Part shown: positions 22,935 through 24,219 of the stretch, piece by piece
Position numbering within the stretch: the first letter of the stretch is position 1
Layout of the letters: every line of letters begins with the position of its first letter
IMG/VR virus record: IMGVR_UViG_3300010403_000051
Coordinates: 1 to 24,219 of that record
Length of the DNA: 24,219 nucleotides
Direction: 5' to 3' (one strand)
Source of the DNA: a virus
Taxonomy: Duplodnaviria > Caudoviricetes
The notes under the pieces: model-generated
The model's input: the letters and a program-made list of their open reading frames with translations, nothing else
Databases searched by the model: none
What the model was told of the DNA's origin: nothing
Position numbers and translations under genes: made by a program

Positions 22935-23346
22935 CGCCGAACACCCGCGAGAAGCCGAACTTCGTCAGCATGTCCTTCAGCATCAGAAACATCGCCCGCC
23001 GCCGCTGCAAGACGATCGGAAGAAACACATGCCCCGGCGGCATCGAGCCGCGATTGGCCCCGATGCGCGTGTGCCGCGCCTGCGTCCCGTATTCGAAGAT
23101 CGCCGCGTGGCGCGCCGTGTTCTTCACGACGTAGCTCACCAGTCCCCCACGACTGACGCGCCGCTGCACGACGACCTTGCTGCGCAGGTTCCCCGTGCGC
23201 GCCGGGTAGCGGGAGCGAATCGCAAACGCGGCCGCGTTGGCTTCGCCCTGCACGATGTGCTCGGCTTCCGTCGAGACGTTCTCGGGGAGGCTCTCGAGCC
23301 ACGTCTGGAATTCCCGCAGGCCCTTCCAGGTCACGCTCGCGCTCAC
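22927..23346 (-). CDS. HK97 gp10-like tail/neck protein
   Basis: VTWKGLREF, PARTGNLRS, HAAIFEYGT, MPPGHVFLP; GTG start coupled to the upstream stop. Confidence 0.85.
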   Translation of the reverse strand: MSASVTWKGLREFQTWLESLPENVSTEAEHIVQGEANAAAFAIRSRYPARTGNLRSKVVVQRRVSRGGLVSYVVKNTARHAAIFEYGTQARHTRIGANRGSMPPGHVFLPIVLQRRRAMFLMLKDMLTKFGFSRVFGDA

Positions 23347-23495
23347 AGCGATCGCCCCTGCAGGAGTCTCACCACGATCAGGATGAGGATGACGACGAGA
23401 ATCAGATGCACGAGCGACGTGCCGACCGGGAAGATGACGCCCCCGAACAGCCACGCGACCAGCAGGATGACGATCAGGATTTCGAGCAGGCTCAT
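23343..23495 (-). CDS. Small two-TM membrane protein, lmo0937/DUF5670-like, 50 aa
   Basis: MSLLEILIVILLVAWLFGGVIFPVGTSLVHLILVVILILIVVRLLQGRSL; ATGA and GTGA coupled; not in the ORF track. Confidence 0.75.
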   Translation of the reverse strand: MSLLEILIVILLVAWLFGGVIFPVGTSLVHLILVVILILIVVRLLQGRSL

Positions 23496-23830
23496 GGCGA
23501 CACCACCTCGTTACACAGCAGGACCAGCGTGATGTTCCGCTCTTCCGGATTCTTGACGTCGTTGACGTAGAGCGTGCGCGTCCCAAAGACGATCTGCGTC
23601 GCGGTGGTGATATCCGCCCGCCAGTCGCCCTCGACGATGTGCGTCGCGACCGTGAGCGCGGTCCCAGAAGTCACCCGCTCGAGATCGCGCTGCGAGGCCG
23701 GACGAATCGAGCAGTACCAGGTGGGCGGGGTGAATGCCGTCGGCGTCTGCGTATACCCGCCCTGTCCATCGGGCACCGTCGTCGTCGGCCCCTGCAACGT
23801 CACGAGGTGGCGATAGTCGCTGCGTCCCAT
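23492..23830 (-). CDS. Head-closure / head-tail adaptor protein (SPP1 gp16-like)
   Basis: YRHLVTLQ..DGQGGY..WRADITT..IVFGTRTLYVNDVKNPEERN..LVLLCNE. Confidence 0.88.
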   Translation of the reverse strand: MGRSDYRHLVTLQGPTTTVPDGQGGYTQTPTAFTPPTWYCSIRPASQRDLERVTSGTALTVATHIVEGDWRADITTATQIVFGTRTLYVNDVKNPEERNITLVLLCNEVVSP

Positions 23831-24219
23831 CAGGCCACCGCCGGATCACGCATCCGGGCAAGCAGACGCCCGACGGCATTCCAGAGGTTCTCGTCGGCGG
23901 CCATGTCCTCGCCGCGGTGATCCCAGAGATGCGTGAGGACCAGCAGGATCGCCGCCTTCACCGGCGTCGGCACCGTCACGTCCGTCCAGGTGAAATTCGC
24001 AAACAGCCGTCCGCCAGTCGCAGGACTCGCGGGCGAGCCGCTGATCGGGACGGTGAAGGTCGTCGTGCTCGTCACCGTCGAGACGAACGAGCCGCTGTAT
24101 TCCGGCTCCGCCGTCCCGATGACCCGCACGACATCGTTGGTCGTCAGGCCGTGCGGATAAGGCGTGGTCACCGTCGCAATGCCCCCACTGCTCGTGATGG
24201 AGGTGAGCGGAATCGGCCG
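23830..24219 (-). CDS. Head-tail connector (gp6/gp15-like), 3' part; 5' end outside the window
   Basis: Frame open from the window edge (RPIPLTSITSSGGIATVTT...); C-terminal VPTPVKAAILLVLTHLWDHRG...LLARMR motif. Confidence 0.85.
   Translation of the reverse strand, partial: RPIPLTSITSSGGIATVTTPYPHGLTTNDVVRVIGTAEPEYSGSFVSTVTSTTTFTVPISGSPASPATGGRLFANFTWTDVTVPTPVKAAILLVLTHLWDHRGEDMAADENLWNAVGRLLARMRDPAVA

Larger units (their letters stand above)
1..24219 (-). mobile_element. Temperate siphovirus / prophage segment (tail, lysis, immunity, early and replication modules)
   Basis: Canonical siphoviral gene order, divergent repressor/cro switch, dense small coupled ORFs, no host housekeeping genes. 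Both ends run out of the window. Confidence 0.95.

Noticed and set aside
1-24219. CRISPR array, rRNA, tRNA or IS element
   Set aside because: No regularly spaced repeats, cloverleaf, rRNA-like segment or transposase noticed; coding density leaves little room.

Overview
The whole window is part of a GC-rich temperate siphovirus (phage or prophage) whose host is probably a diderm bacterium. Almost all genes lie on the minus strand and are tightly coupled by ATGA/GTGA/TGATG overlaps. In transcription order (right to left) it holds: head-tail connector, head-closure, gp10-like, tail terminator, tail tube, tail assembly chaperone with a -1 frameshift, a short tape measure, an 857-aa tail-tip protein, tail fibre, and a lysis-region cassette. 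A small plus-strand island follows (XRE repressor and PKD lipoprotein). The cro-led early operon then encodes HNH, a CII-like HTH, NinB-like, Sak4-like ATPase, PD-(D/E)XK nuclease, cold-shock protein, a DUF1376 initiator with probable internal ori, a helicase-loader-like protein, DUF4406-like, an endonuclease, an XF1762/Mom-like GNAT and an N4/N6 DNA methyltransferase. No integrase, tRNA, CRISPR or reverse transcriptase is visible. The three most unusual signals are: (1) an antisense ORF with its own promoter, overlapping the repressor 3' end and encoding a copy of the repressor's C-terminal helical motif (candidate SinI-like anti-repressor); (2) a stand-alone YadA-anchor-like beta-barrel protein coupled to the endolysin where a spanin would be expected; (3) nested 'Russian-doll' domain insertions in the tail-tip protein. 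All family calls come from motif recognition by eye, without database searches.
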